Below are positions 1-10,754 of a stretch of 64,000 bases of DNA, one piece after another. The DNA is from Orbicella franksi. Lineage: Eukaryota. Location of the stretch: contig OZ116707.1 in the NCBI GenBank assembly GCA_964199315.1, positions 7,750,001 through 7,814,000 of the forward strand, read 5' to 3'. Positions within the stretch are counted from its first letter, which is position 1. Every line of letters starts with the position of its first letter. The position numbers were made by a program, and so were the translations under genes. A model generated the notes under the pieces. The model saw only the letters and a program-made list of their open reading frames with translations, ran no database searches and had not been told where the DNA came from.

Positions 1-2013
1 TTTTTCATTTGAGTGAGTGGCGATCATGATTTCTATTAGAGAGTGGTCTGTTTTGTATCCAGTGGCGATATTAGGAGATTTAACATTACACATTAAGTTT
101 TGCGTGACAAGAAAGAAATCCAAACGACATTGAATTCTGGGTGTTTGCGCCACCACATATATCTGCAGTTGTCCGGGTTTAGGATTCGCCATGCGTCCAC
201 TAAATCAAGTTCAGCACAAAGCTCTTTTAATGTTTTAACCGATTCTGCATGTGTTCTAGCGATTCTGCCCTTTTTATCTACATCCAGGTTCAAAACCAAA
301 TTGAAGTCCCCTCCAATTATTACATTGTCGCACTCAAAATCATTTAGATGGTCAAAAAAAAATCGAAAAGAAGTTAGGATCATCCTCGTTAGGCGCGTAG
401 TGTGGCTATGGTTACACATTTTTTATCTGTTGTGATATCACAGATAATAAATCTGCCGTTGAGATCCACCTATGTTCGTTCAAGTTGAAAATCAAAGTTG
501 TTATTGAATAGAATAGCGACGCCTCCTTTAGTACTGGTGCAGCAGCTAAAAATTGTTTTGTATCCCCGTTCAGCAGACCATACAGGGATTGTTATTTCTG
601 AGCAGTGTACTTCTTGAAGCATGTAAATTGAAAACTTTTTCCTTCTGAGCCAATCAAACATTTCCTATCTTCTTAGTCTATCCCCGAGTCCTCTCACATT
701 AAGAGAACCTATTTTAAGATCCGTAAACAAAACAGAGAAGAAAACATTGGAAGAAAAACCATGCAGAAAAAGTAAGCTAATGTTATTTTGGTTATTATAG
801 CAGAACATGATGTTTGTGTTTTTAAACAAACAAAATACATGCAAGAAAGGCGACAAAAAGCACATATAAAAGCACACGTAAAAAGGTTCCATTGTCAGTT
901 TGAGTCCCAGCAGAGTTGACTGTCGTAATCATAATAACAGGTAGATGGGTCAACTCATTAGTCTTTGCGATCAATTTGCACACGCTTTTTTTTTAAAAAA
1001 ATAATAGTCACTTAGAGAGAAGAGGGAAAGGAGGAAATTAATTTAAGTAGGCTGGGATATTCTTATAATCGTATTTTTCGTTATTTATTAGAAGATATCG
1101 TCCAACTACCTTCACGTTTGGATGCTCTTGGGTTTCCCTTGCCTTCATCATCGCCTTGATTAACACTTTTCTTTCATCTTGTATTGCCTTCGCGAAATCT
1201 TTGGTAATGTAGGCATCAGGGTAGTTTTCTGAATGCTTTATCTTACCTCTTTTGCTCCAGATTTCGTTCCTGTCTTCACGGCTGATAAAGCGGGCAATGA
1301 TCGGCCTGGATCTGTTCTCAATTTTCTTACCCACCCTGTGAACTGCATGGAATTTTATGTTCGATGCATCCAAGCCCATTTTGTTCTGAATTACACCACA
1401 AATCAGAGCTTTGCAATCCTCGCCTTTGAGCTCTGTGATATTGTTGAAACGTAGGTTTTCTCGTCAGGTGTACTGTTCTAGCTTGATGTTTTCTTCTCTT
1501 GCGGATTCCAATTTCTTTTCCAGCTGTGCTACTTTCATTCTGAGATTTTCCAGACCATCCTTCATGTCCTTTGTGTTTTCCTTCAACTTTTCCTTCAGCG
1601 TGTCCACCTCGCTTTGTGTAAAACTCACGCCTTCTTTCAATGATGTTACTTCGCTTTTCATCTCTTCAATCTCATGTTTAAATTCCTGTCTGAGTTTGTC
1701 GAAGTCGGCACCTAAGCTGACGAAGCCGGCTTCCATTGCTTTGATTAGAGTCGATAGAGCTTTTGATGTCTTCGTGGACTCCTTCTTCGTTCATCGTGTC
1801 GGACTCGCTGTGAGTCAAAGAATTTTATCCTCTCTGTTTTCTTTTTTTGCTTCTCTTATTTGCCATAAGAAAGATATTTTGCATTTCCTGAACTTGAAAT
1901 AAGCAATCAGTAATTGATTTAACTGTTACTTGCTTTGAGAACTGACATGAGCGCCCATACTTGGAGGAGCATTAGAAGTTGCGTCTGTACGCCATGCTGC
2001 CGCATGCACTCTG
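1..2013 (-). mobile_element. Tx1/L1-like non-LTR retrotransposon, 5' part (ORF1 and APE endonuclease N-terminus), disrupted; runs off the window start
   Basis: ORF fragments 1464-1736 and 1038-1379 (coiled coil, then FHAVHRVG...PIIARF...ITKDF, L1-ORF1-like); 470-661 (YMLQEVH) and 93-419 (IIGGDFN...DLVDAWR), which are APE motifs. Near-identical uninterrupted counterpart of 46556-46963 plus 51210-52814. Confidence 0.88.
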
Positions 2014-3382
2014 ACATTTTCATCTTTATGGTTATATTCTATTTGCTATTTATTTCTACAGCAAAGTGTCATCTAGGTAAACTGAGACTACCTTTTATTG
2101 CATTTTAATTCCAGATGATGACCAATGTGACGATGAAGTGTCATCTCAAGGTGACAATGAAGTGTTATCTCAAATGTTTTGTGGCCTTCATCAACAAAGT
2201 AAGTATTTTGGCTTTTTAGCATCAGTATTTTGCTCTAATGTTGTTTACCTAGTAAACGAAGTTTACTGTAAGTCATTACTTTGTCTTCAACCTCTATATG
2301 TGTATCAAAGACTATATTTCTGTTCATGTTCCAAAACACAAATGGTGATTATTGAGATGACCTTTTATCTGCAACTGTCTTACATTTTCTGTAAATGCTT
2401 CATTACTCTCTGAATGAAATCTGTTTTACTGTCACTACACGTATGTCAAATCAAGCTGTTCTGTCACACCATTCAACAATTTTGCTCTGATCTCATCTGC
2501 AGACTCTTCTTGTCAGCAAATGAGGAAAGTGTACCATAAGTTATTAGTTTTTGTTAAACTTCTGTTCATGTGTAAAGAATCTATATTTACAAAATGTTAC
2601 ATTTTCATCTTTATGGTTATATTCAATTTGCTACTCATTTCTACAGCAAAGTGTCATCTAGGTAAACTGAGACTACCTTTTATTGCATCTTAATTCCAGA
2701 TGATGACCAACGTGATGATGAAGTGTCATCTCAAGGTGACAATGAAGTGTCATCTCAAATGTTTTATGGCCTTCATCAACAAAGTAAGTATTTTGGCTTT
2801 TTAGCATCAGTATTTTGCTCTAATGTTGTTTACCTAGTAAACGAAGTCTACTGTAAGTCATTACTTTGTCTTCAACCTCTATATGTGTATCAAAGACTAT
2901 TTCTGTTCATGTTCCAAAAGACAAATGGTGATTATTGAGATGACCTTTTATCTGCAACTGTCTTACATTTTCTGTAAATGCTTCATTACCCTCAGAATGA
3001 ACTCTGTTTTACTGTCACTACATGTATGTCAACTCAAGCTGTTCTGTCACACCATTCAACAATTTTGCTCTGATCTCATCTGCAGACTCTTCTTGTCAGC
3101 AAATGAGGAAAGTGTACCGTAAGTTATTAGTTTTTGTTAAACTTCTGTACACGTGTAAAGAATCTATATTTACAAGATGTTACATTTTCATCTTTATGGT
3201 TATATTCAATTTGCTACTTATTTCTACAGCAAAGTGTCATCTAGGTAAACTGAGACTAACTTTTATTGCATCTTAATTCCAGATGATGACCAAGGTGATG
3301 ATGAAGTGTCATCTCAAGGTGACAATGAAGTGTCATCTCAAATGTTTTATGGTCTTCATCAACAAAGTATTTTGGCTTTTTA
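2014..3382 (+). repeat. ~584-bp tandem repeat (2 full units plus a partial third) containing candidate small exons
   Basis: Unit starts (acattttcatctttatggttata) at 2014, 2599 and 3182. Each unit has ag|15 nt|gt and ccag|84 nt|gtaagt blocks (2115-2198, 2700-2783). Confidence 0.9.
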
Positions 3383-4568
3383 GGCCCGGTTCAAATGTCA
3401 AACTTTACATGTGCTGAACCTAATACCAATTTGGGTCGACCCAAATAATTAAGTTTGACAGTTGATTCAAACGTTGCACCTAATTAAGTTGAACTTAATA
3501 TTGTTAAGGTGAGCTTGACTCTACTGCGGTCAGCGGTTGTTGCTTATCAAAATGGTGGAAAAAATTGCGGGAAAGACAAACTGTGAAAATGAAGACCTTG
3601 CTTTTCTTGCAAGTGCAATCAAAGAGGGTAGAAGAAGGCGCATCAAGATACCGTTAGCATTAAATAACCTCGTTGCCAGGAGAAGACAAGTTTAGAATTT
3701 GGCTTGCCTTCTATTGCTGCTTATTTCTCAAAGGAACATTACAGTTCCTTGTGCAGTTCGTTCTTGTCATCGGCTAACAAGAAATACTGGCTGGTGGGAA
3801 AATGTTACCAACACCTATTCAGAGGCAAGGTTTAAGAAAACGTTCAGAGTATCCTGGGGCAGCTGTGGGTTTCCAGGAAATTCACACAAAGCAGTTATTT
3901 TTAAATCAACTGACCTTTGGACCCGTATCCAAGAAGGCCTAATTCTAGTAATTGGAAAACCTGCAGGAGATGTAACTGTTCCACCACCTATAGCGGGGGA
4001 CTCTGCATTCCCTCGACGAACATGGTTAACGAAACCATACACTTATGCAGTCCTCGCACCCCAGCAACGTAACTTTAATTACCGCTTAAGCAGAGCCCGT
4101 ATGGTTACAGAGGGTGCTTATGGACAACTCGAGGGTAGGTGGAGGGTGCTACTCCGAAAATGTGAAAGCAGTCAAGATACTGTGCACATTATGACATTGG
4201 CATGCATGGTTCTCCACAATATATGTATTGCATGTGGAGATGCAATTTCAAAAAAGCTCAACTTGAGTTTGGATGCAAATGGTCAAAAGAGATATCGAGA
4301 AGATATAAGAAAGCTGTTGGAAATGAGAAATTCTTCAAGCATCAGGGATTCGTCACAGGAGACAAATAAAGTCAGGAATGCACTTTGTGAGAAACTATGG
4401 ATTGAGAAGGAAACTGGCAAAGTGTGTTAAATCAAATTAAATGTATTATTTTCACCGAATTATTTTGACATGATTGTATCAAATGCAAGACTGAATAAGG
4501 ATTGTGAACCTGACAACCTTCAATCTCACCAAGCTAAACCTTACAACTAGAATAACATTACTTAAAAC
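3383..4568 (+). mobile_element. PIF/Harbinger transposon, internally deleted (left end and DDE_Tnp_4-type transposase relic)
   Basis: Begins ggcccggttcaaa right after TTA inside the tandem repeat. ORF 3699-4430 has IAGDSAFP...WLTKPY...NFNYRLSRARMVTEGAYGQLEGRWRVL...ACMVLHNIC, typical of the Harbinger transposase C-terminus; the middle of the catalytic domain is missing. Confidence 0.85.
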
Positions 4569-4575
4569 CCTTTAA

Positions 4576-5100
4576 AGGAGAACGGAAGGCTACAGGGTAT
4601 AATTTTTGAAATGATCTGAAATTGTAGAAAGAACATAAATTACAAAGAATCGCCTGAAAAAAGTTCGTATTTCAGTGCAAATCAAATAGAAAACTAAGAG
4701 AATTCGCCGGAATTGAACATCTGCCATTTTGTTAGCATTCTCTTCCGGTTACTTCCAAATAAGGATTACCGTCCGCCATCTCGTGACGTCAAAGCGCTCA
4801 TGCTTTCTTTCCTACTTTGCGTGCTCGCCTCCACGTGCTATGTTTTGGTGTTTTCGCCATTCATTAGTCGTGATTAGTTGCGGAAATTTGCAGCTATATT
4901 GTGTATAGTTTGGGACAACAGAATGCTTGATAATACAGTTACAAAATATGGCTGAGTTTGAAGCCTATTCCTTCGAACCCATACGAAATTTCTCGGATTC
5001 TGATGGAGAAAATACAGCTGACGGCCAGAACGAGCTTGCAAGGAGGGGAAATACCTCTTGGTGTAATTGCGAGCATTGTGAAAACTGGGAAAATCAGCAG
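4576..5100 (+). mobile_element. Kolobok-type transposon left arm with the N-terminus of its Cys-rich second ORF (P2X7 C-terminal-like), truncated by the island
   Basis: Starts aggagaacggaagg immediately after TTAA (4572-4575); the duplicated copy at 59301-59305 has the same TTAA followed by different sequence. ORF MAEFEAYSFEP...RRGNTSWCNCEHC loses family similarity at ~5100. Confidence 0.7.
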
Positions 5101-5391
5101 TGGGAAGGTAGGGTGGGCGGGGCCGGGGTCGGAGCGACCAATGAGAGAGAGACTGGAACTGAGAAGTGGGGAACCAATGGCCGCTCGCAAGCTTGTTTTT
5201 GTTGGCACGGGTGACACCAGAGATGTTTATTTTCAATCCCAAAACACCTACATTTCCTACTTTGGTTTTGAACTTCTGGTAAGGGAGTGGGATTGGTATT
5301 ACCAGTGTCACTAGCGTCACTGGTCGGACAAGTTTCGTCACCCAAAGGTCGAGGTTGAGATTGGGGTTTAAGTTCAGGTTTGGGCGAAGGA

Positions 5392-6330
5392 CTATCTAGT
5401 GTCAAATTGTAATTGAATTGATTGATTTGATTGATTTGTTGGTATTGGAGGGAGGGAGATGAGACTGGGACTGAGCGGGTTATGAGGGTCGAACCCACGC
5501 CCCGTCTCCACGCCTAGGTCCAGACCTAGTTCGAGGTTGAGTTCTGTGAAGAGACTTGAGCAGAGGAGGGGAGATTGGTACGAGCATTGGATATCGAAGA
5601 TGGTCATGTGATTGTTAGGATAGGAAGGGTTAAAATGTAACTCGAACTTGAAACCGGAATCAATGTTTAAGTAGGGGATAGTGTTGGTAAGGCATTCTAT
5701 CTTTGAAAAGTTTAGTCAACCAGAATTTGATGTCTTTTATAGGGCTGGTTAGAGTTGGAGGTAAGCAGACTGTTGCAGTGATTGTCATGGATAGGACTTC
5801 TTGCGCTAAAGTATCAGCGTAAATTAGAGGTCCTAACATTTGGTGTAACTTATGTACAAAGTCGTACATGACCTGGTGAAATTCAAGCCACATGTTACTT
5901 GATATGGGTATGGGTAAAGTATTCCAAGGAGTGTATTGGTTATCATCACGACGGGTAATTGGGCCATGAACACGTGAGGACCGATTACCCCCACCCGATC
6001 TCCCTTAGGACAGAAAATGGTATTCAAGAATTGAGGCCCTAGGAGTAAGAGGTTACCAGGTAACCCGAGAAGTCCCTTGAAAGAGATACAAATCTCTTTC
6101 AACCTGTTCCAGAAATAGGTAATCGCCCACAACAGTTCGTTCAAGTGATTTATCTCCCCCAAATTGTCGGAGGTGAGAGATGTAGAGGCTAAAAGGTCCG
6201 TGTACAAATTGGGTCCGAATATCCTACCCACGGATTGGGGGTTGACTTTATAACCCGTGACGTACTCCATCCCCTTGGCGAGGTCGTCGACAGTTATTCT
6301 TTGACTGTTGTTGTTGTTGTTGACCTTTCG
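5392..6330 (-). pseudogene. Frameshifted ORF fragments, probable 3' continuation of island gene A
   Basis: ORF 5833-6270 is in the same frame as 6355-7401, separated by two stops; overlapping ORFs 5660-5893 and 5392-5607 follow. No recognisable domain. Confidence 0.4.
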
Positions 6331-6354
6331 TAAATTTGTTTATGACGTAAGGTC

Positions 6355-8375
6355 TCAGGGTGTGAAAGACGCCCGAGGTAACCTGAGTCCCGTCTGACAA
6401 TTGTCAGAAAAAGGGGGGGTGAGGGAATAACTATCTTTCCTACTGGCGATGGTTATATATTCCAAATACTTATCCTCCTCATCGGGTAGAAGAGGATTCA
6501 CGTGAACACATCCCCCCTCGCTTCCTCTATTCTTCTTACTCCCCTCGGGATCGTTTTTCATCCTTTCCCAATCCCCGAGAGTTTGTTCAACGATAGCCTG
6601 GAAAGGTATTTGAGGAATGGTGGTACGGGGTTCGTAATGATAAATTCGTTGATTCCTGGAAATACTGAATTCAAAATCTGTAGCCCCTTCTAAAAACCTG
6701 AGTTTAGTTTCGGGTCTAAGCTGTCGGGGTCTCCCTTGGCGATCTAAAAGGCCCATAAAAGGAAATAAACGAAAAGAAGTATTGAATCCAATTTTGGGAT
6801 TGACCCATTCCCCCGAAGAGTCCATGACGAGTTTATCCTTATCTCCCCTTCCCACTGGTTTATTGTATGACATTTTCTGTGTTCTCCAGGGGTTACTATA
6901 GTATCTCGAATCGTCCCCGTGACGACGACGACGACTACTACTACTACTACTACCCTCCCTGTCGTAGTCCTCGATATCACCTCCCATGAGGATCATTTCT
7001 AGAATCGAAATCTTCCCACTATACACGTCAAGCTTATCGGCCTTTAATAAGGCTTCGAGTTTACTATTCTTAAATCTTTTGTCTAAGTCATTACGGTTCC
7101 AATCCATTCCCCCTTTCTCCTTAATGGACAACAAGAGGTGAGACAGGGGATTGACTGGTTCTTCCGAGACTAGACTACTAAATGTTATCAAGCCAAAACG
7201 TCCAATATTCCAGTCAAGGGTAGGGACATCTCCTTTGCCTCCTTGCAAGCAAAACACTCCGGGAACTATTCTCTTCTTCTGTATCCCCATGTTGTTATTA
7301 CAAGTCGACACATTCATAATGTCACCTTTGTGAAATTCTTTCGTGACAGAATGTACGACAAATACCGGCCTGTTGGGGTACTGGCAGTAAACCTCCCACA
7401 TTTTGGAAGCGATAATTTTACCCCTGTTGGTTACCTCGTCGGGATGAACTATAAATTTAACTCTGTCATTAGATTCGTAACTACAATTGCCTATTGCCTT
7501 GACACATAACCTTGGGCAACCGGTTCTTCCTTGAGGGTGGTGGTAGATTGACGATGAGAAAAGTCTTGTTTATTCGTGGCATAGTGATGGTCGTGACTAC
7601 CACCAGTACCATCATCACTGTTATCACCACTACCGCTGTCCTTGTCTTGATATTTTACGAGGGGTAACCCTTCAATGTCTGAAACGAGATATATTAAAAA
7701 CAATCAATATAAATATAAATATAAACATAAATATAAATAAGTGGAATGAAATGAAACGAAATAATAAAATCGAATAAAATGAGATGAAAAATTAATAATT
7801 AAACTGAATAAAGTTAATAACTTACCACAGAGTGTAGAACTTGTTTTCACCCCCCTCGAATCACGATAGGACACACTCCCCGTTTATCTGAACAGGTGTA
7901 ACTTCTACACTCTCCCCACTACCCACGATCTCGAAGTCTTTCTTCCAACTCATATCGGAACTGTTGAGGTTGTTGACAGGTACAAACACTCCCAAGGTAT
8001 CTCCGTGGTACATGTATTGAAACTGGTTATTTTTCCAGGCACTAATTGAAAAATAGATAAATAGACGATTATTATTATTATTATTATTAATCATAAACCA
8101 AACTAAATCAAATAACTAAATAATTAACTAATCAAACGAATCAATCAATCAATCTACTAATCGACTTACTCTTTCAATCTTCTATTCAAGTGGACCTGGA
8201 TGAGTACTTTTCTCATTCTCTTTTTGGGTTCAGCTTTGGATTTTGTAACTCTACCACCACTCGCGCTGCCATTACCGCCATTACTACGAGGTACTTGGGC
8301 CAAGGACTGTTTCCCTTTCTTAATAACTTCTTGTCCCTTTCTGCTCACTAAGTTCGGTGTAAATTTCCTGACCAT
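6355..8375 (-). CDS. Island gene A: spliced hypothetical protein (exons 8375-8170, 8041-7826, 7678 onward), with at least two frame disruptions
   Basis: Intron 8169-8042 (GTAAGT...ttttcaattAG) joins MVRKF...RRLK-D-AWKNNQF in frame. Intron 7825-7679 is GTAAGT...cgtttcAG. A 348-aa open segment lies at 6355-7401. Confidence 0.65.
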
Positions 8376-8493
8376 GATTACGATGTTAAGATTATTTTAA
8401 CTTCTTGCAGTCTTCTCTTAAAGTCTTGTCTTCTAGATGTACACGGTACAAACTCCCATTCGATTTGAGACCAAACTCGAAACACGTACCCTC

Positions 8494-9040
8494 TATATAA
8501 TCGTGAGAGACCTGTGCGCGCGGGTTAAGCTACTTTAAAAATGACATCATTAAAACCCCTAATTTTAGAAAACCCGTCATCGGACTATTTTAAACGACCA
8601 ATCACTGTTGAGACCCCTCGTCATGTGACCATCGATGAACCAATCACCGACCTTAACGTCATATCGACAGAACTAAATATAACCGACCAATCATCGTCGA
8701 GATCATCATCGTGTTAATTTAAACCAACCAATCATCGTAAAACTCGTCATCGGACTATTTCAAACCACCAATCACCGTCGACATCCTCCCCACGTGATCA
8801 CCTGACTTTGACCCACCTTGATCGACCTTGACGTCATATCGGACCATCGAGGTAAATATAACCAACCAATCACCGACCTTGACGTCATATCGGACCATCA
8901 CACCATCACACCATCCCGCTAAATATAACCAACCAATCAAATCCACGAACCATTATGTCACTTTCACGTGAACTTTTCCCCTGGGCCAATCACCTTTCGC
9001 TTTCACTTCCAACTTCCTCTTCCCTTTCCCCTTATAAGAA
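8494..9040. promoter_or_regulatory. Bidirectional promoter/enhancer array: 8 CCAATCA boxes, 2 perfect TGACGTCA, 2 CACGTG, TATA-like motifs at both ends
   Basis: CCAAT at 8598, 8640, 8687, 8728, 8768, 8866, 8933 and 8986; TGACGTCA at 8829 and 8880; CACGTG at 8791 and 8965; TATATAA at 8494 and TTATAA at 9032; lies between divergent genes A and B. Confidence 0.75.
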
Positions 9041-9306
9041 CATCGACATGACGAATTGTGATGTTTATAGCTACTCACGGGGTCGGTGACATCAAGACCG
9101 TGAGGGGACTGGGACCTAGTTTGGAGTGTATAAGAGCAGCAACCACAACCTCAATCAACCATTCCATCAATCGACCAGACCGATCGAAGACAGCCGAGAA
9201 GGACAAGAGCCAGAGCCAAGAGCCAGAGCCAGAACTCTGAACAGAAACCAGAAGCCAGAACTCTGAACAGAAACTCAACTTCCTAGACTTGATCAAAAGG
9301 GGAAAC

Positions 9307-10006
9307 ATGGCCACGCCGAGTGAGTGAAACTTAACTAAATTTATACTTGTGTGCTTTTGTACTTGTGTACTTTTATAATTTTGTACTTATACTTTTCTAC
9401 TTTTACTTTTGTTATAGGAAAAATCGAGACTACTGAGGTGTTTGAAGAATTGGTGAAAAAACAAAGAGAAGACTTGTTAAAGATGATTGAAATAGAATCA
9501 TCCCTATTGGAATACGAAGAACTTAAAGACTTTTTTACAATAGAAACAATTAACAGATGGTTAAGAAGAGAAGAAAAATTGAAGAAATTCAAAATTATGT
9601 TAAACGAATACGAATAGTACCCCCATACCGACTATCCGATTTTGATAAGAAAACGGTTATTAGGGTATTAATGAGGGGGACAGAGAACTATAGAAATTTT
9701 AAGAATAATATATTACGAACAGAATATTGCACATCTGAACAGGCTTTCAAATACTTATGTTATAGTATTAGTGACATGTGGAGAAATGAATCTATACATA
9801 GGGTTTTTGGAAACCACACTATTAATTTAATGGTAATGTCTATAGCTATACTCTTTTTGGAGAATTACAAACTCATTCCCGACGTTTCGGAAATATCACA
9901 ATGTAGAAATGAAATACTAAACTGGTTACAAGAAGATATACACAAATCTCTCCTTCGAGGTTATAATAAAACCGTAGAGAACGTATGTACACCGATGTCA
10001 GATTAG
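9307..10006 (+). CDS. Island gene B: spliced hypothetical, predicted helical protein (exons 9307-9319 and 9418-10006), one frameshift near 9560-9580
   Basis: Intron 9320-9417 (GTGAGT...ttttgttatAG) joins MATP-R-KIETTEVF in frame. Overlapping ORFs 9351-9617 and 9557-10006. AATAAA at 10044. Confidence 0.65.
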
Positions 10007-10754
10007 TTTAAAAACATGTAAATAGTTTAATAGAGAATTGATAAATAAAGAAAGAAATAAATGAATATATGAATGAATGAGTTTTTATTTTTAGAAATGA
10101 TTTGCGTGTATTTTTAAAGATTACACCCATTATCATACAAGTAAAAACACTTCAATTATTACCCCACAAGCTATTATACTTATTTTTCCAAAGTATAAAC
10201 GTAATTAAAAGTCTCCAAAGTAGTATAACCCCTTTAGTCGTAGTACTCGTGACTCGAATGGGCCGAAAGTTAGGCTCGAATGAAATTGATGGGATAAAAA
10301 TAGACTTTATATCATCAAGATGCGCATGCATACGAATTATTAAAGAACATTACATCATTACATCATCTAAATCTAAATTTAGAAACATATTTCATTTTTA
10401 CACCATAAAAAGAATTAGGTGTAACTGTATCTTAGCAACGATCATAATATTTTGATTCGTGCATCATTCTTACATCATTTTTCTATTTTAAAGTCACCTT
10501 GAACAAACTTCGAAAGACTTCCTATGGTCAAGGTACAAATTCCTGTGACCGTATAAGGAGGTAAACATTACGTGTAATTACAAAAATAGCTACTCACGTG
10601 GTCATTGACATCATAACCGCGAGAGACTAGGATCTAGTTTATAATGTATAAAGGAGTAGCGAAGTTCTAGCTAATAACCATTTACTCTCGAGCGAGCTAC
10701 TGTATACATCTCTAAAAGAGAAGAGAAGAGAACAGAGAATAGAGAACAGAAAAC

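Noticed and set aside
1411-1902. Long antisense ORFs over LINE and transposase genes (also 52215-52628, 39623-39929 and others)
   Set aside because: They are shadow frames of the recognised transposon ORFs and have no independent motifs.
2014-3382. CRISPR-like array
   Set aside because: The units are ~584 bp with no short repeat/unique spacer structure, in a eukaryotic context.
3699-4430. Host HARBI1 gene
   Set aside because: It is internally deleted, preceded by a transposon end and present in a degraded duplicate, so it is a transposon relic.
5810-5821. LIYADT as a reverse-transcriptase YADD motif
   Set aside because: The second Asp is missing and no other RT motifs lie at suitable spacing.
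10102-10455. 117-aa plus-strand ORF as a real gene
   Set aside because: No promoter or splice context; the poly(A) signal at 10084-10089 points to a minus-strand unit, but I could not reconstruct a convincing minus-strand ORF.
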